From Bacteroidia bacterium (GTDB taxonomy: Bacteria > Bacteroidota > Bacteroidia > M30B66): a DNA stretch of 64,000 nucleotides. Below, piece after piece: positions 43,054 through 52,677 of this stretch. The position numbers and the translations under genes were made by a program. The number at the start of each line of letters is the position of its first letter. Position 1 is the first letter of the stretch. The notes under the pieces were generated by a model that saw only the letters and a list, made by a program, of their open reading frames with translations, ran no database searches and was not told the origin of the DNA. The stretch is from positions 4,136,667 to 4,200,666 of the forward strand of contig OZ257142.1 of assembly GCA_965279035.1 (NCBI GenBank), given 5' to 3'.

Positions 43054-43718
43054 ATTTTTTTTAAGGCATTGAATGTGTCGAAAATCAATGGAGTTAACTT
43101 TCGTTTTTTCATAGGTCCATTGATCATTTTAATTTCCTGATAAGTGATAATTCCGTGACTAACATCCGCAATTATATGAATGAGATAAGAATGGTCTTGA
43201 CCTGAGAAAACTTCTAAAATTCCAAAATAGGGTGTTCCATATTTCTTTTCTAATTCTGACATTTCTGCTGGAATAAAAGTATTTACTACAAATACTTGAC
43301 TTGCTACACGCTTATAATTCGCTTCGTAAATTTCATTGAGTGGATTGTCCTGGTTGCTAATTGCTTGCAAAACGACTTGACGAAGTGGAAGTAATTCTGT
43401 AAAGAACTCTGTGCCTACATCTTTTTTTCCGTCACTGGAAATGACTTCGTATTTAAAACCACTATCTTTAGAATATCGATTCACGATTTCGAGAAATGAT
43501 TTTCGCATTTCACGACCTAATTCATAATTTTGATCATTGTCTTCTAAATTAAAGTAGGCTTTATATTCGGGATTAATTAGCACTACTTTTTTAATTGCTT
43601 TTTTCTCCTTAGGAAATTGTTCTGAATATAACGTGTAGATATATCCACTTGAATACAAGCAACTACTTAGACTATTGATAATAATTAAGAATAAAAACCA
43701 ATTAAAAATTTGGCGCAT
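43050..43718 (-). CDS. Hypothetical lipoprotein
   Basis: MRQIFNWFLFLIIINSLSSC lipobox; start set at ATG 43718, 1 nt after the peptidase stop. Confidence 0.75.
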   Translation of the reverse strand: MRQIFNWFLFLIIINSLSSCLYSSGYIYTLYSEQFPKEKKAIKKVVLINPEYKAYFNLEDNDQNYELGREMRKSFLEIVNRYSKDSGFKYEVISSDGKKDVGTEFFTELLPLRQVVLQAISNQDNPLNEIYEANYKRVASQVFVVNTFIPAEMSELEKKYGTPYFGILEVFSGQDHSYLIHIIADVSHGIITYQEIKMINGPMKKRKLTPLIFDTFNALKKI

Positions 43719-43719
43719 A

Positions 43720-45132
43720 TTATTTAATTTTTTGAGCAACATAGCCCGAATAAATACCATCGGGAAATTTGGTTGAATAATTTCGATAATGAATTTCGGC
43801 AGCATCTTTTCCTAAGTGCATTTCGGCTGCAGCTCCAAGATAAAAAAGCAAATCTTGATCATCAGGGAATTTCTCATACTTTTTCTTGGAATATGTATAA
43901 AGCATTTTTCCAAGATCTGTTGATTTCGTTTTACTAAAAAATAATTTCAAGCGTGCTTTTGAAACATTTCCGTTGATTTCTGCTTTCGAAAAATAATCAT
44001 CTAAAACTCCGTTTTCTTTTAAGCGACAAAGCCAATAGAGATTTTTTACTACCATTTCGTTTGCAAGGAGATTATTGGGCTCTTTTTCTAATAGAATTAA
44101 TCCTTCGTGCAGACTATTTAAATATTCACTTCCATTGTATGAATTAATGGATAATTCAAATTGTGCTTTGTGATGAATGGATTGATATTCACTTTCTAAT
44201 TTAGGTGTTGCAGGGATATAATTTAACGAACCTAAAATCTCAGTAATTGCTAAAACGCGCTTTTCAATGTCAGGATGCGTTTCTCCAGAATCATCATTTC
44301 CAGAGATAATCGATCGGTTTTTCTTTACTGATTTTTTCAACTCGCTTTTCAGCATTTTCCGATTAAAAAAGGCAGTGTCGACAGTGAATATATCTGAATT
44401 AAAAAAGAATGATAGATTATTTACAAGTGTGTCGTTATTGATTGCAGATTCAACTAGGGCAAGTGATTTTGAGGCTTCTCGTGCATCGAATGGTGTGCGT
44501 GTTAAGAAAGTTAGTCCTGCAGCATCTGCTTCGAATTCAAATTCGCGTGAGTACTGGAGCATTTTATACATGCCTGCTTTGCGCGAAATGGCCTCATTAT
44601 TTCCCAAATCTTTCCCATTTTTCTTCTTACGTAATGCATGTTGCTTTTTGTAATGACAAATTTCATGTGCTAGAACAGAAGCCAATTGGGAAGAATTCTC
44701 AAGCTTAGCAATGAGTCCAACATTCACGATAATTACACCATTTGCCATACAGAATGCATTGGCTTCGGTGTTTCTAGTTGCTATAATTCGAATGTCGTTT
44801 TTTAATTCCGGCATAAACACCAACATTTCTGCTAGCATTTTTTCCAAAAAGTCGGTCATCTCATCATTGACATAAATTTGACCTGAATTCAATAATTCGA
44901 GCAATTGATAATTTGCTTCCTCGTACATTTTCAGTGCGAGTTTTTCTTCTAAAATATCTTGTTTTTGAGCGAGCGATTTTGCCTCTTCGATAACATCCAA
45001 AGAAAAAATTGCTGGCAAAGAGCCCGAAGTCATAATAAAACGATCAGCATCGTTGCTCTGTGCGAATGAAATCGAACAAACCCCAAAAAGAGATAATAAA
45101 TAAAAGCTTCCTTTTAGAATAGTTTTCCCCAT
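43720..45132 (-). CDS. M48-family metallopeptidase with C-terminal TPR-like helices
   Basis: ANAFCMANG, LASVLAHEICH (HExxH), YSREFEFEAD, THPDIEKR. Confidence 0.9.
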   Translation of the reverse strand: MGKTILKGSFYLLSLFGVCSISFAQSNDADRFIMTSGSLPAIFSLDVIEEAKSLAQKQDILEEKLALKMYEEANYQLLELLNSGQIYVNDEMTDFLEKMLAEMLVFMPELKNDIRIIATRNTEANAFCMANGVIIVNVGLIAKLENSSQLASVLAHEICHYKKQHALRKKKNGKDLGNNEAISRKAGMYKMLQYSREFEFEADAAGLTFLTRTPFDAREASKSLALVESAINNDTLVNNLSFFFNSDIFTVDTAFFNRKMLKSELKKSVKKNRSIISGNDDSGETHPDIEKRVLAITEILGSLNYIPATPKLESEYQSIHHKAQFELSINSYNGSEYLNSLHEGLILLEKEPNNLLANEMVVKNLYWLCRLKENGVLDDYFSKAEINGNVSKARLKLFFSKTKSTDLGKMLYTYSKKKYEKFPDDQDLLFYLGAAAEMHLGKDAAEIHYRNYSTKFPDGIYSGYVAQKIK

Positions 45133-45240
45133 TGGACAAATCTATCAAAATTCTACCTTAAGATAAAGAGATAAACTTGATTGTGTAAATCGAAACAATT
45201 CCTTTAGGATTAGGAGAAAACTCTAAGGAAAAATTGGAAA

Positions 45241-46470
45241 CTAAAGACCTAATAATATTTCCTGCCCTTTTTTTCCATTGAACAACATGCGTTCAGGATT
45301 TTCTAGAAGTTCTTTCACTTTCACCAAAAAGCCAACTGATTCGCGCCCATCTATTATGCGATGGTCGTAACTTAAAGCCACATACATTATTGGTCGAATA
45401 ACAACTTGTCCGTTAACAGCCATAGGTCTTTCCACAATATTATGCATACCTAAAATGGCACTTTGTGGAGGATTGATAATAGGTGTGCTCAACATGGAAC
45501 CAAAAACACCACCGTTGGTAATGGTGAACGTTCCACCCGACATATCATCGACAGTAATTTTTCCATCGCGTGCTTTAGCTGCCATTGCTGCAATGTTGCG
45601 TTCAATATCGGCTAAGCTTTGCGTTTCGGTATTGCGAATAACTGGAACCATCAAGCCTTTAGGTGTTGAAACAGCAATGCCTACATCGCAGTAATTATGG
45701 TAAACGATTTCTTCACCATCAATCATCGCATTCACCGCAGGAAAAGCTTCTAGGGCAATGGTTACAGCCTTCGTGAAGAATGACATAAAACCAATTCCAA
45801 CACCGTGTTTTTCTTTGAATTTATCCTTGTATTGTTTACGCAGCTCCATAATTGGGCTCATGTCCACTTCATTAAACGTGGTGAGCATGGCCGTTTCATT
45901 TTTCACACTTACCAAACGTTGAGAAATCTTCTTACGAAGTGTTGTCATTTTCTCGCGTTTGGAGCTGCGTTGAGTTTCGGTTGTTTTGCCCCCAAATCCA
46001 GAAGCTAATAATACATTTACATCGCTTTTGGTAATTCTTCCGGCAGGACCGCTTCCTTTTATATCGGAAGATTGAACGCCATTTTCAGTCATTATTTTAG
46101 CAGCTGCGGGCGAAGGAATTCCAGATGCATACGTGCTCGGAGTTTCGGTTGGAGCTTTTGCAGCGTTCTGTATTACCTCTTTCTTTTCAGGAGCTTTTTC
46201 AATTTTCGTTTCTGCTTTTGAGGCGGGAGCTTCTGCTGAAGTATCGATTGTAGCAATCACATCGCCTACGGCAACGGTTGTTCCTGCTTCTACTTTAATA
46301 CTGAGTTTCCCAGCTGATTCTGCATTCACAGTAAGTGTTGCTTTATCCGAATCAATCTCGCAAAGCTCTTCGTCTTTCGCTACATAATCGCCTTCCTTTT
46401 TTAACCAGTTAGCAATTTCTACTTCGTTAATTGACTCTCCTGGTGAAGGTACTTTGAGCTCGATAATCAT
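45241..46470 (-). CDS. sucB: 2-oxoglutarate dehydrogenase E2 (dihydrolipoyl succinyltransferase)
   Basis: Lipoyl domain [42 protein letters not shown]. Confidence 0.98.
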   Translation of the reverse strand: MIIELKVPSPGESINEVEIANWLKKEGDYVAKDEELCEIDSDKATLTVNAESAGKLSIKVEAGTTVAVGDVIATIDTSAEAPASKAETKIEKAPEKKEVIQNAAKAPTETPSTYASGIPSPAAAKIMTENGVQSSDIKGSGPAGRITKSDVNVLLASGFGGKTTETQRSSKREKMTTLRKKISQRLVSVKNETAMLTTFNEVDMSPIMELRKQYKDKFKEKHGVGIGFMSFFTKAVTIALEAFPAVNAMIDGEEIVYHNYCDVGIAVSTPKGLMVPVIRNTETQSLADIERNIAAMAAKARDGKITVDDMSGGTFTITNGGVFGSMLSTPIINPPQSAILGMHNIVERPMAVNGQVVIRPIMYVALSYDHRIIDGRESVGFLVKVKELLENPERMLFNGKKGQEILLGL

Positions 46471-46589
46471 GATGTGTGATCGATATTAGTTGGGTGGGCA
46501 AATTTAGTCCAATTCATCGGGCATTTCATGTGTTGATTGCGTCCGATTTCATTGTGTATTTTTTGAATAATTCAGTTAATTAAAATTGA

Positions 46590-49322
46590 TTATTCAAAAA
46601 CGGATTTCATTAGTTTTTTCTGTTCAACAGCATGTCGTTTTGAACTTCCCGTTGCAGGACTTCCGCTCTCGGCGCGTGATGCAACTTGAATATTTAGCTG
46701 ACGAAGATTTCGAAGAATGTAATTCCAAGCACCCATGTTTTCGGGTTCTTCTTGAGCCCAGACAATGCTTTTGGCTTTGCTATATTTTTTAAGCACTGCA
46801 TCCAATTGTTTTTTAGGCAATGGATATAATTGTTCTAATCGAACGATTGCGCAATTTTCGGCTTTCCGAGATTCTTTCTCTTCAAGCAAATCGTAATAGA
46901 TTTTGCCATTACATAAAATCACTTTCTCGATCTTCGAAGCATTTGCTGTTGCATCGTCGATTAATTCTTGGAATTGCCCTTTGGTTAATTCTGTTAATGA
47001 ACTAACGCAACGCGGATGACGCAAGAGACTTTTGGGTGTGAATACAATTAAAGGTTTGCGAATATCTCCCTTGAGTTGGCGACGAATTAAGTGGAAGAAA
47101 TTAGCCGGTGTAGTTGCATTGGTCACATATATATTTTCTTCGGCACAAAGCGTTAGAAAGCGTTCCATTCTACCTGAACTATGTTCTGCACCTTGTCCTT
47201 CATACCCATGAGGAAGAAGTAAAACCAGTCCGCTCATGCTTCGCCATTTATCTTCGGCTGAACTGATAAATTGATCAATGATAATTTGAGCACCGTTATT
47301 AAAATCACCGAATTGAGCTTCCCATACAGTGAGTGAATCGGGCATTGCCAAAGAATAGCCGTAATCAAAACCAAGCACACCGTATTCGCTGAGCAAGGAA
47401 TTGTAAATCTGGAATGTAGCCTGTTTGGGATCTAGATTCGATAATGGAATGTATTCTTCTTCGGAATCTTCAATTTTAAGAACTGCGTGACGATGTGAAA
47501 ACGTTCCTCGTTCCACATCTTGTCCCGAAAAACGAACTGGATTTCCTTCCATCAACAAGGAACCATAAGCAAGCAATTCGGCCATTCCCCAATCGAGTTG
47601 CGTTGCACCTTCTATCATCTGTTTCCGATCGTTAAGCAACTTTTCCATTTTCTTGAAAAGCGTCATCCCTTGAGGAACCGTATAAAGTACTTTTGAAATT
47701 GCTTTCAGCTTTTTCAATTCCACCCCGGTTTCGGGAGATGAATCGAAGTCGGATTTTTTAGAAGAGCGAATGTGTTTCCACTGATCTCCTAAAAATGGGT
47801 TAATCACAGTACGTTCTCTTTTGCGTGCGTCATCTAAAGCAGCATCAAGATTTGATCGTAGTGTTGAATCGTATGTATCAGCTTCGCTTTGTGACAATAC
47901 ATTTTCTGCACTCAATTTCTCGAAATAAATCTGACGAGGATTGGAATGTTTGGCGATTGCTTTATAAAGAATTGGCTGAGTAAAACGAGGTTCATCGCCT
48001 TCGTTGTGACCATATTTTCGATATCCAAGCAGGTCGATAAATACATCCCCATGAAATTGTTGACGAAATTCCATCGCCAATTGAACCGCATATACAACCG
48101 ATTCAACATCATCGGCATTGACATGAAAAACGGGACTTAGCGTGACTTTGGCAACATCGGTACAATAGATCGATGAGCGTGCATCGAGGTAATTGGTAGT
48201 AAAACCAACCTGGTTATTGACTACGATATGGATGGTTCCACCCGTTTTATAGCCATCTAATTTGGCCATTTGAACCACTTCGTAAACAACGCCTTGAGCG
48301 GCAACGGCAGCATCACCATGAATAATGATAGGAGCAATTTTATCGTAATTATTCGAGTGTTCAGTTTCTGCAAAAGCACGCGCCATTCCTTGCACTACAG
48401 GTCCAACTGCTTCGAGATGCGAAGGATTGGGAGAAAGTGTCATTCGGATGTTTTCTCCACCACGTGTTTTTACTCGGGAGGAATAGCCCAAATGGTATTT
48501 CACATCACCCGAAAATTCTCCATCATCGTCGTATTCTTTCCCTTCGAATTCAGTAAAAATACTGCGAGCGTCTTTTTTGAAAATATTCGAAAGCACGTTC
48601 AATCTTCCACGATGCGCCATTCCCATGACAAACTCACGAATTCCAAGCTTAGCACCGTTTTCAATGACTTGATCAAGTGCAGGAATTAATGCCTCACAAC
48701 CTTCGAGAGAAAAGCGCTTTTGTCCAACGAATTTTTTATCTAAAAAGCTTTCAAAACCAACGGCATCATTGAGTTTAGAAAAAATTTGCAGCTTTTCATC
48801 TTTAGAAAATTTCGCATGCCCTTTAGAATTTTCCATGCGTGTTTGAATCCAATGAACAGCTTCTTGATTTCGCATGTACATGTATTCAACACCAATGCTG
48901 GAGCAGTATGTTTCTTTGAGATGATCAATGATTACTTGAAGTTTAGCAGCACCAATTCCAATCAAAGAACCAGCTTGAAAAACTGTTTCTAAATCGGAAG
49001 TAGATAAACCAAAATTTTCGGCATCGAGCGTTGGTGTGTACTGTCGGCGCTCACGTACCGGATTTGTTCTGGTAAAAAGATGGCCTCGAGAACGGTAAGC
49101 ATTGATTAGGTTGATGACTTTGAATTCTTTACTTACATTTTCAGGAATCGCTTCTGTAGTTCCAGATGTAGGTTTGACGCTGTATTGTTTATTGGCAAAA
49201 TCAACACCTTCGAAGAATTTGCCCCAGCTTTCGTCAACCGAATTTGGGTTTTCGCGGTACTGAGAATATAGGAAATCCAATGCTGAAGGTTCGGCATTGG
49301 AGATATATGAAAATGAATCCAT
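46590..49322 (-). CDS. sucA: 2-oxoglutarate dehydrogenase E1
   Basis: KRFSLEG, GMAHRGRLNVL, GDVKYHLG, HGDAA, WEAQFGDF, LPHGYEGQGAEHSS; promoter-like TAATTTTG at 49346-49353. Confidence 0.99.
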   Translation of the reverse strand: MDSFSYISNAEPSALDFLYSQYRENPNSVDESWGKFFEGVDFANKQYSVKPTSGTTEAIPENVSKEFKVINLINAYRSRGHLFTRTNPVRERRQYTPTLDAENFGLSTSDLETVFQAGSLIGIGAAKLQVIIDHLKETYCSSIGVEYMYMRNQEAVHWIQTRMENSKGHAKFSKDEKLQIFSKLNDAVGFESFLDKKFVGQKRFSLEGCEALIPALDQVIENGAKLGIREFVMGMAHRGRLNVLSNIFKKDARSIFTEFEGKEYDDDGEFSGDVKYHLGYSSRVKTRGGENIRMTLSPNPSHLEAVGPVVQGMARAFAETEHSNNYDKIAPIIIHGDAAVAAQGVVYEVVQMAKLDGYKTGGTIHIVVNNQVGFTTNYLDARSSIYCTDVAKVTLSPVFHVNADDVESVVYAVQLAMEFRQQFHGDVFIDLLGYRKYGHNEGDEPRFTQPILYKAIAKHSNPRQIYFEKLSAENVLSQSEADTYDSTLRSNLDAALDDARKRERTVINPFLGDQWKHIRSSKKSDFDSSPETGVELKKLKAISKVLYTVPQGMTLFKKMEKLLNDRKQMIEGATQLDWGMAELLAYGSLLMEGNPVRFSGQDVERGTFSHRHAVLKIEDSEEEYIPLSNLDPKQATFQIYNSLLSEYGVLGFDYGYSLAMPDSLTVWEAQFGDFNNGAQIIIDQFISSAEDKWRSMSGLVLLLPHGYEGQGAEHSSGRMERFLTLCAEENIYVTNATTPANFFHLIRRQLKGDIRKPLIVFTPKSLLRHPRCVSSLTELTKGQFQELIDDATANASKIEKVILCNGKIYYDLLEEKESRKAENCAIVRLEQLYPLPKKQLDAVLKKYSKAKSIVWAQEEPENMGAWNYILRNLRQLNIQVASRAESGSPATGSSKRHAVEQKKLMKSVFE

Positions 49323-49414
49323 TGGGAAGGGTAAAAATTGGAGCGCAAAATTAAGTTAAAATTGAAGGCTGCGCTTATATGGAATGAATGGAAAAATGGA
49401 AAAAATGTTTTTTA

Positions 49415-49854
49415 ACCTGATGCCCGGATGACTAATCAAAATTTATTTTTCATTTCAATCATTGAGATATTACTTTAGTTGCATCTTGTTAATAAATCAT
49501 TCATGTTTGTATACGACGTATTAATTCTTGTCTTGAAACAAGAATTAATCAACGGCGAAGCCCTCATGAGTTCATTTTAAAAATAAACACTTACGAATAA
49601 AGAAGTTCAAGTCTGGACGATGCTGCTTACGCTCAAGGCCCTTTTTCGACCATTCTGCAAGTATAAACTTTTGTCCAATCGATGTCGAAACACACCCTCG
49701 CCGCCCAGACATAGCCACCACAAGATCCGTTTCAATTCTAAACCTAATATTAATTTAAATAATTTTATTTAAAAGCATTACATAAGTATTGATTATTGAG
49801 GTAAGGGATAAATATTTTTGAAGGATAATTCTAATTTTTAACCTCACAACGGGT
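49415..49854. mobile_element. IS982-type non-autonomous element with structured core, copy C
   Basis: Right IR AACCTCACAACGGGT (1 mismatch); left end ACCTGATGCCCGGATGA decayed; core and right arm colinear with copy B. Confidence 0.85.
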
Positions 49855-49897
49855 TTTAAATTATCAACTTAATTTTTCTAACCTCCTAAAGGTTTTA

Positions 49898-50299
49898 CTA
49901 TTCTTCGTTAAATAATGAATTGGAAGTGTTCGGACTATACAGTTTCCGAAGAACTACTTTTTGTAGTTCGCGCTTTATGATGATTTCAGCAAAAAGACGA
50001 TCATCAATTCCAGGAGTTGGCATTCCTTGAACTAATTGTTTTTCGGACACATCGACACGATATAGCAAATTAAAAAGCTGTTGCGCACTTCGATCGCGAA
50101 AGGCCATTTGGAGCGTGTTACAGAGCTCGTCGAATGAATACTTTTGAGTAAGAAGCAGTTTAATTGGAAATCCAGCTGAAGCGAAATCTTTCTTCAACTG
50201 AAGAATTAATTCCCTCAAAATATCCTTTTGAATAAAATACGGCTCTATGGATGAAGCTGAATCGGTAAGTTGCGGATATTTTGTGGAATCTGAACTCAT
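49898..50299 (-). CDS. Hypothetical protein
   Basis: LILQLKKDF...LFNLLYRVDVSE...IIKRELQKVVLR, resembles a conserved Bacteroidota family (recall only). Confidence 0.8.
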   Translation of the reverse strand: MSSDSTKYPQLTDSASSIEPYFIQKDILRELILQLKKDFASAGFPIKLLLTQKYSFDELCNTLQMAFRDRSAQQLFNLLYRVDVSEKQLVQGMPTPGIDDRLFAEIIIKRELQKVVLRKLYSPNTSNSLFNEE

Positions 50300-50326
50300 A
50301 GAACGAGTCGGGAGTTCAATGAAGAA

Positions 50327-51232
50327 TTATTTCAAATTGAATTTAAAATTCCCCATGAGTTTTCCATCGAGGTAAATCTCAGAAATATAAAGTCCTGAAT
50401 TTAGATCTTCTAATTGATCCCAATCGAAAACAACTTCTTCGCGATTGTTTGAATACTGAACAACTTTACGAAGTGTATATTCTGATGAACGGCCATCTTC
50501 TTTGGTAAATGATCCGCTTGCATTGTTGGGATCGGTAAGAGCGTAACCATCTGGTTTAATAATGCGCAAAACCACTTCGCGATCTCCTTTCGGTGCTACT
50601 TTATTCTCGGCAATTACAAATAGTGTTGAGATTCGGCTTACACGCTTGGCCTTGGTGGTTTCTTCCATTCGGCCTTTTCCTTTATCTCTGAGCGTTTTAA
50701 CAGAAATACTTTCAGCTTTTAGCACAGAAGCTAGTTCCACTTTCTGACTTAAATCCTTTTGAGTTTTATTTAGATTATCAACTTCTTGAGTTAGGTTGAT
50801 GTTAGCAAAACGAAGCTCTTTGTTTTCTTTAATCAATTGATCAATTTGTTGACGATAGCCATCTCGAATGACTTTCATTTCAGCAAGTTGACGTTTTAAT
50901 AAATCGATGTCTTTGTTTTCTTTAATTAAGAAATCAATTTTTTGTTTTTGTTTGGCGATATCTCCATTTGCTTTTTCTAGTAAGCTATCGAGTTGAATAT
51001 TTTTTCCTTTGAACTGATCTAATTCAAAAGTCATTGCTTGGAAATCATTCTCGAGTGATACTTTGAAGGAATTAAGCGAATCTACTTGAGCGCGTTCTTC
51101 AACAACTTGCTTTTCGGCTGTAGTAGAACGATTGAGTAGATATACGTTTCCAACTACCGAAACCAAAAGCAGGATACTTAATATCCAAACTAAGCGGTTG
51201 TCTTTTTCTTTTTTGTCGGTCTTCGCTTCCAT
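50327..51232 (-). CDS. Membrane-anchored coiled-coil protein
   Basis: N-terminal TM helix, long heptad region, C-terminal beta domain. Confidence 0.8.
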   Translation of the reverse strand: MEAKTDKKEKDNRLVWILSILLLVSVVGNVYLLNRSTTAEKQVVEERAQVDSLNSFKVSLENDFQAMTFELDQFKGKNIQLDSLLEKANGDIAKQKQKIDFLIKENKDIDLLKRQLAEMKVIRDGYRQQIDQLIKENKELRFANINLTQEVDNLNKTQKDLSQKVELASVLKAESISVKTLRDKGKGRMEETTKAKRVSRISTLFVIAENKVAPKGDREVVLRIIKPDGYALTDPNNASGSFTKEDGRSSEYTLRKVVQYSNNREEVVFDWDQLEDLNSGLYISEIYLDGKLMGNFKFNLK

Positions 51233-51393
51233 AAATTAACCAAGAGATACGTTTGTGAAAGTTTCTTAGCGCTGCAAAAATAACATTTTTTAAAGGGAGC
51301 AGCTTTGATAGGAGAGTTAATTTCGAATGAAACTTACACAGACTCAAATCCTTAATAAACTGACAATTAAGAATCTTACATCCGTTTTTTAAA

Positions 51394-52677
51394 TCATTCG
51401 TTGAGGTTATATTTCTTTTTGTATTTGGAATATAATTCTTTCTGATCGGTATCAATACTCACAGCTTTACCATCAATATACACTTGAATAACAGACGAAT
51501 ACATCATATCCAAGGCATTCCCTTCGGAAATAAAGAAACAGGCTTTCTTCCCAGTTTTGAGACTTCCTTCCTTTTTATCGATGGACAAAATTTTGGCGGG
51601 ATTGAGTGTGATTAATTGGAGTGCTTCAGCTTGATTTAAACCATAAGCAGAAGAAGTTCCAGCTAAAAAACCCAGATTTCGTGTTCCCATGGCTTCCATA
51701 TCTCCGTCATAGGAAAGAGCTACTAGTATTCCTGCTTGCTGGAGTTTTGCCGGAAGACGAAATATTTCTTGAGGAATTTGGTCGGGCAAATCGGGCAAAC
51801 GGTGAATGCGAGAAAGAATTACAGAAACGGAGAATGCTTTCAACAAAGGAATGACTTCGGCACTTTCGGCACCGCCAACAATGACAATGCGTGGAATTTT
51901 AAATGAAGCTGCAAATAAAACGGCATCACTGATATCGCGTGCTTTATCTGCATGTAGATACAAGGCTGCTTTTCCAGAGAATACGCCTTTCATCGATTCC
52001 ATGCGCACATTCTTAGGTGTAGCATCTTTCAACTCAGCATAGGCTTTGGCTTCACGGAAAAAATCTTGAAGGAGAGCAATCTGTTTCAAATTGCGATTGC
52101 TATTTCGTCCACCAGTATCTGCTGGACTTAAATGAAACGGTGCTTCTGGCCAATTCACATGAATTCCATCATCCGCATAGCGAACGGCATCTTCCCAATT
52201 CCAACCGTTCATTCTGAAAACCGAGGAGCTACCACTGATTAATCCTGCCTGCGGACAAGCTTGAACCGTTAAAATTCCATTGGCTCGCACCGTTGGAATA
52301 ATGCGTGAATCAGTATTGAACGAAGCCAGACTTCGAACGTGTGGATTCAAGGTTCCCACTTCTGCATAGTCGAGTGTGGCACGAACAGCATCAATCTCAC
52401 GTAAACCGATGGTGCTATTTAGAGCGATAAAACCCGGATAAATGTGTTTTCCTTCCACATTTACAATTTTCTCGTATGCCGATTTGTCGATACGAACAAC
52501 CCGAGCATCTCCAACAAGAACTATGGAATCGCCACGTATTCCGAAAACACCATTTTCGATAATACCGTTTTCGGTGTGAATAGTTGCTCCTTGAAAAAGG
52601 ATGGAAATGGGTTCTGTTTGAGCAAACAATTGCACTTGAATAATCAAACTCAGAATTAGTAAATAGGCATTTCTCAT
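51394..52677 (-). CDS. Exported amidohydrolase-family protein (HxH motif absent)
   Basis: GKHIYPGFI, ITLNPAKIL..EGSLKTGK; overlaps the upstream gene's stop. Confidence 0.85.
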   Translation of the reverse strand: MRNAYLLILSLIIQVQLFAQTEPISILFQGATIHTENGIIENGVFGIRGDSIVLVGDARVVRIDKSAYEKIVNVEGKHIYPGFIALNSTIGLREIDAVRATLDYAEVGTLNPHVRSLASFNTDSRIIPTVRANGILTVQACPQAGLISGSSSVFRMNGWNWEDAVRYADDGIHVNWPEAPFHLSPADTGGRNSNRNLKQIALLQDFFREAKAYAELKDATPKNVRMESMKGVFSGKAALYLHADKARDISDAVLFAASFKIPRIVIVGGAESAEVIPLLKAFSVSVILSRIHRLPDLPDQIPQEIFRLPAKLQQAGILVALSYDGDMEAMGTRNLGFLAGTSSAYGLNQAEALQLITLNPAKILSIDKKEGSLKTGKKACFFISEGNALDMMYSSVIQVYIDGKAVSIDTDQKELYSKYKKKYNLNE

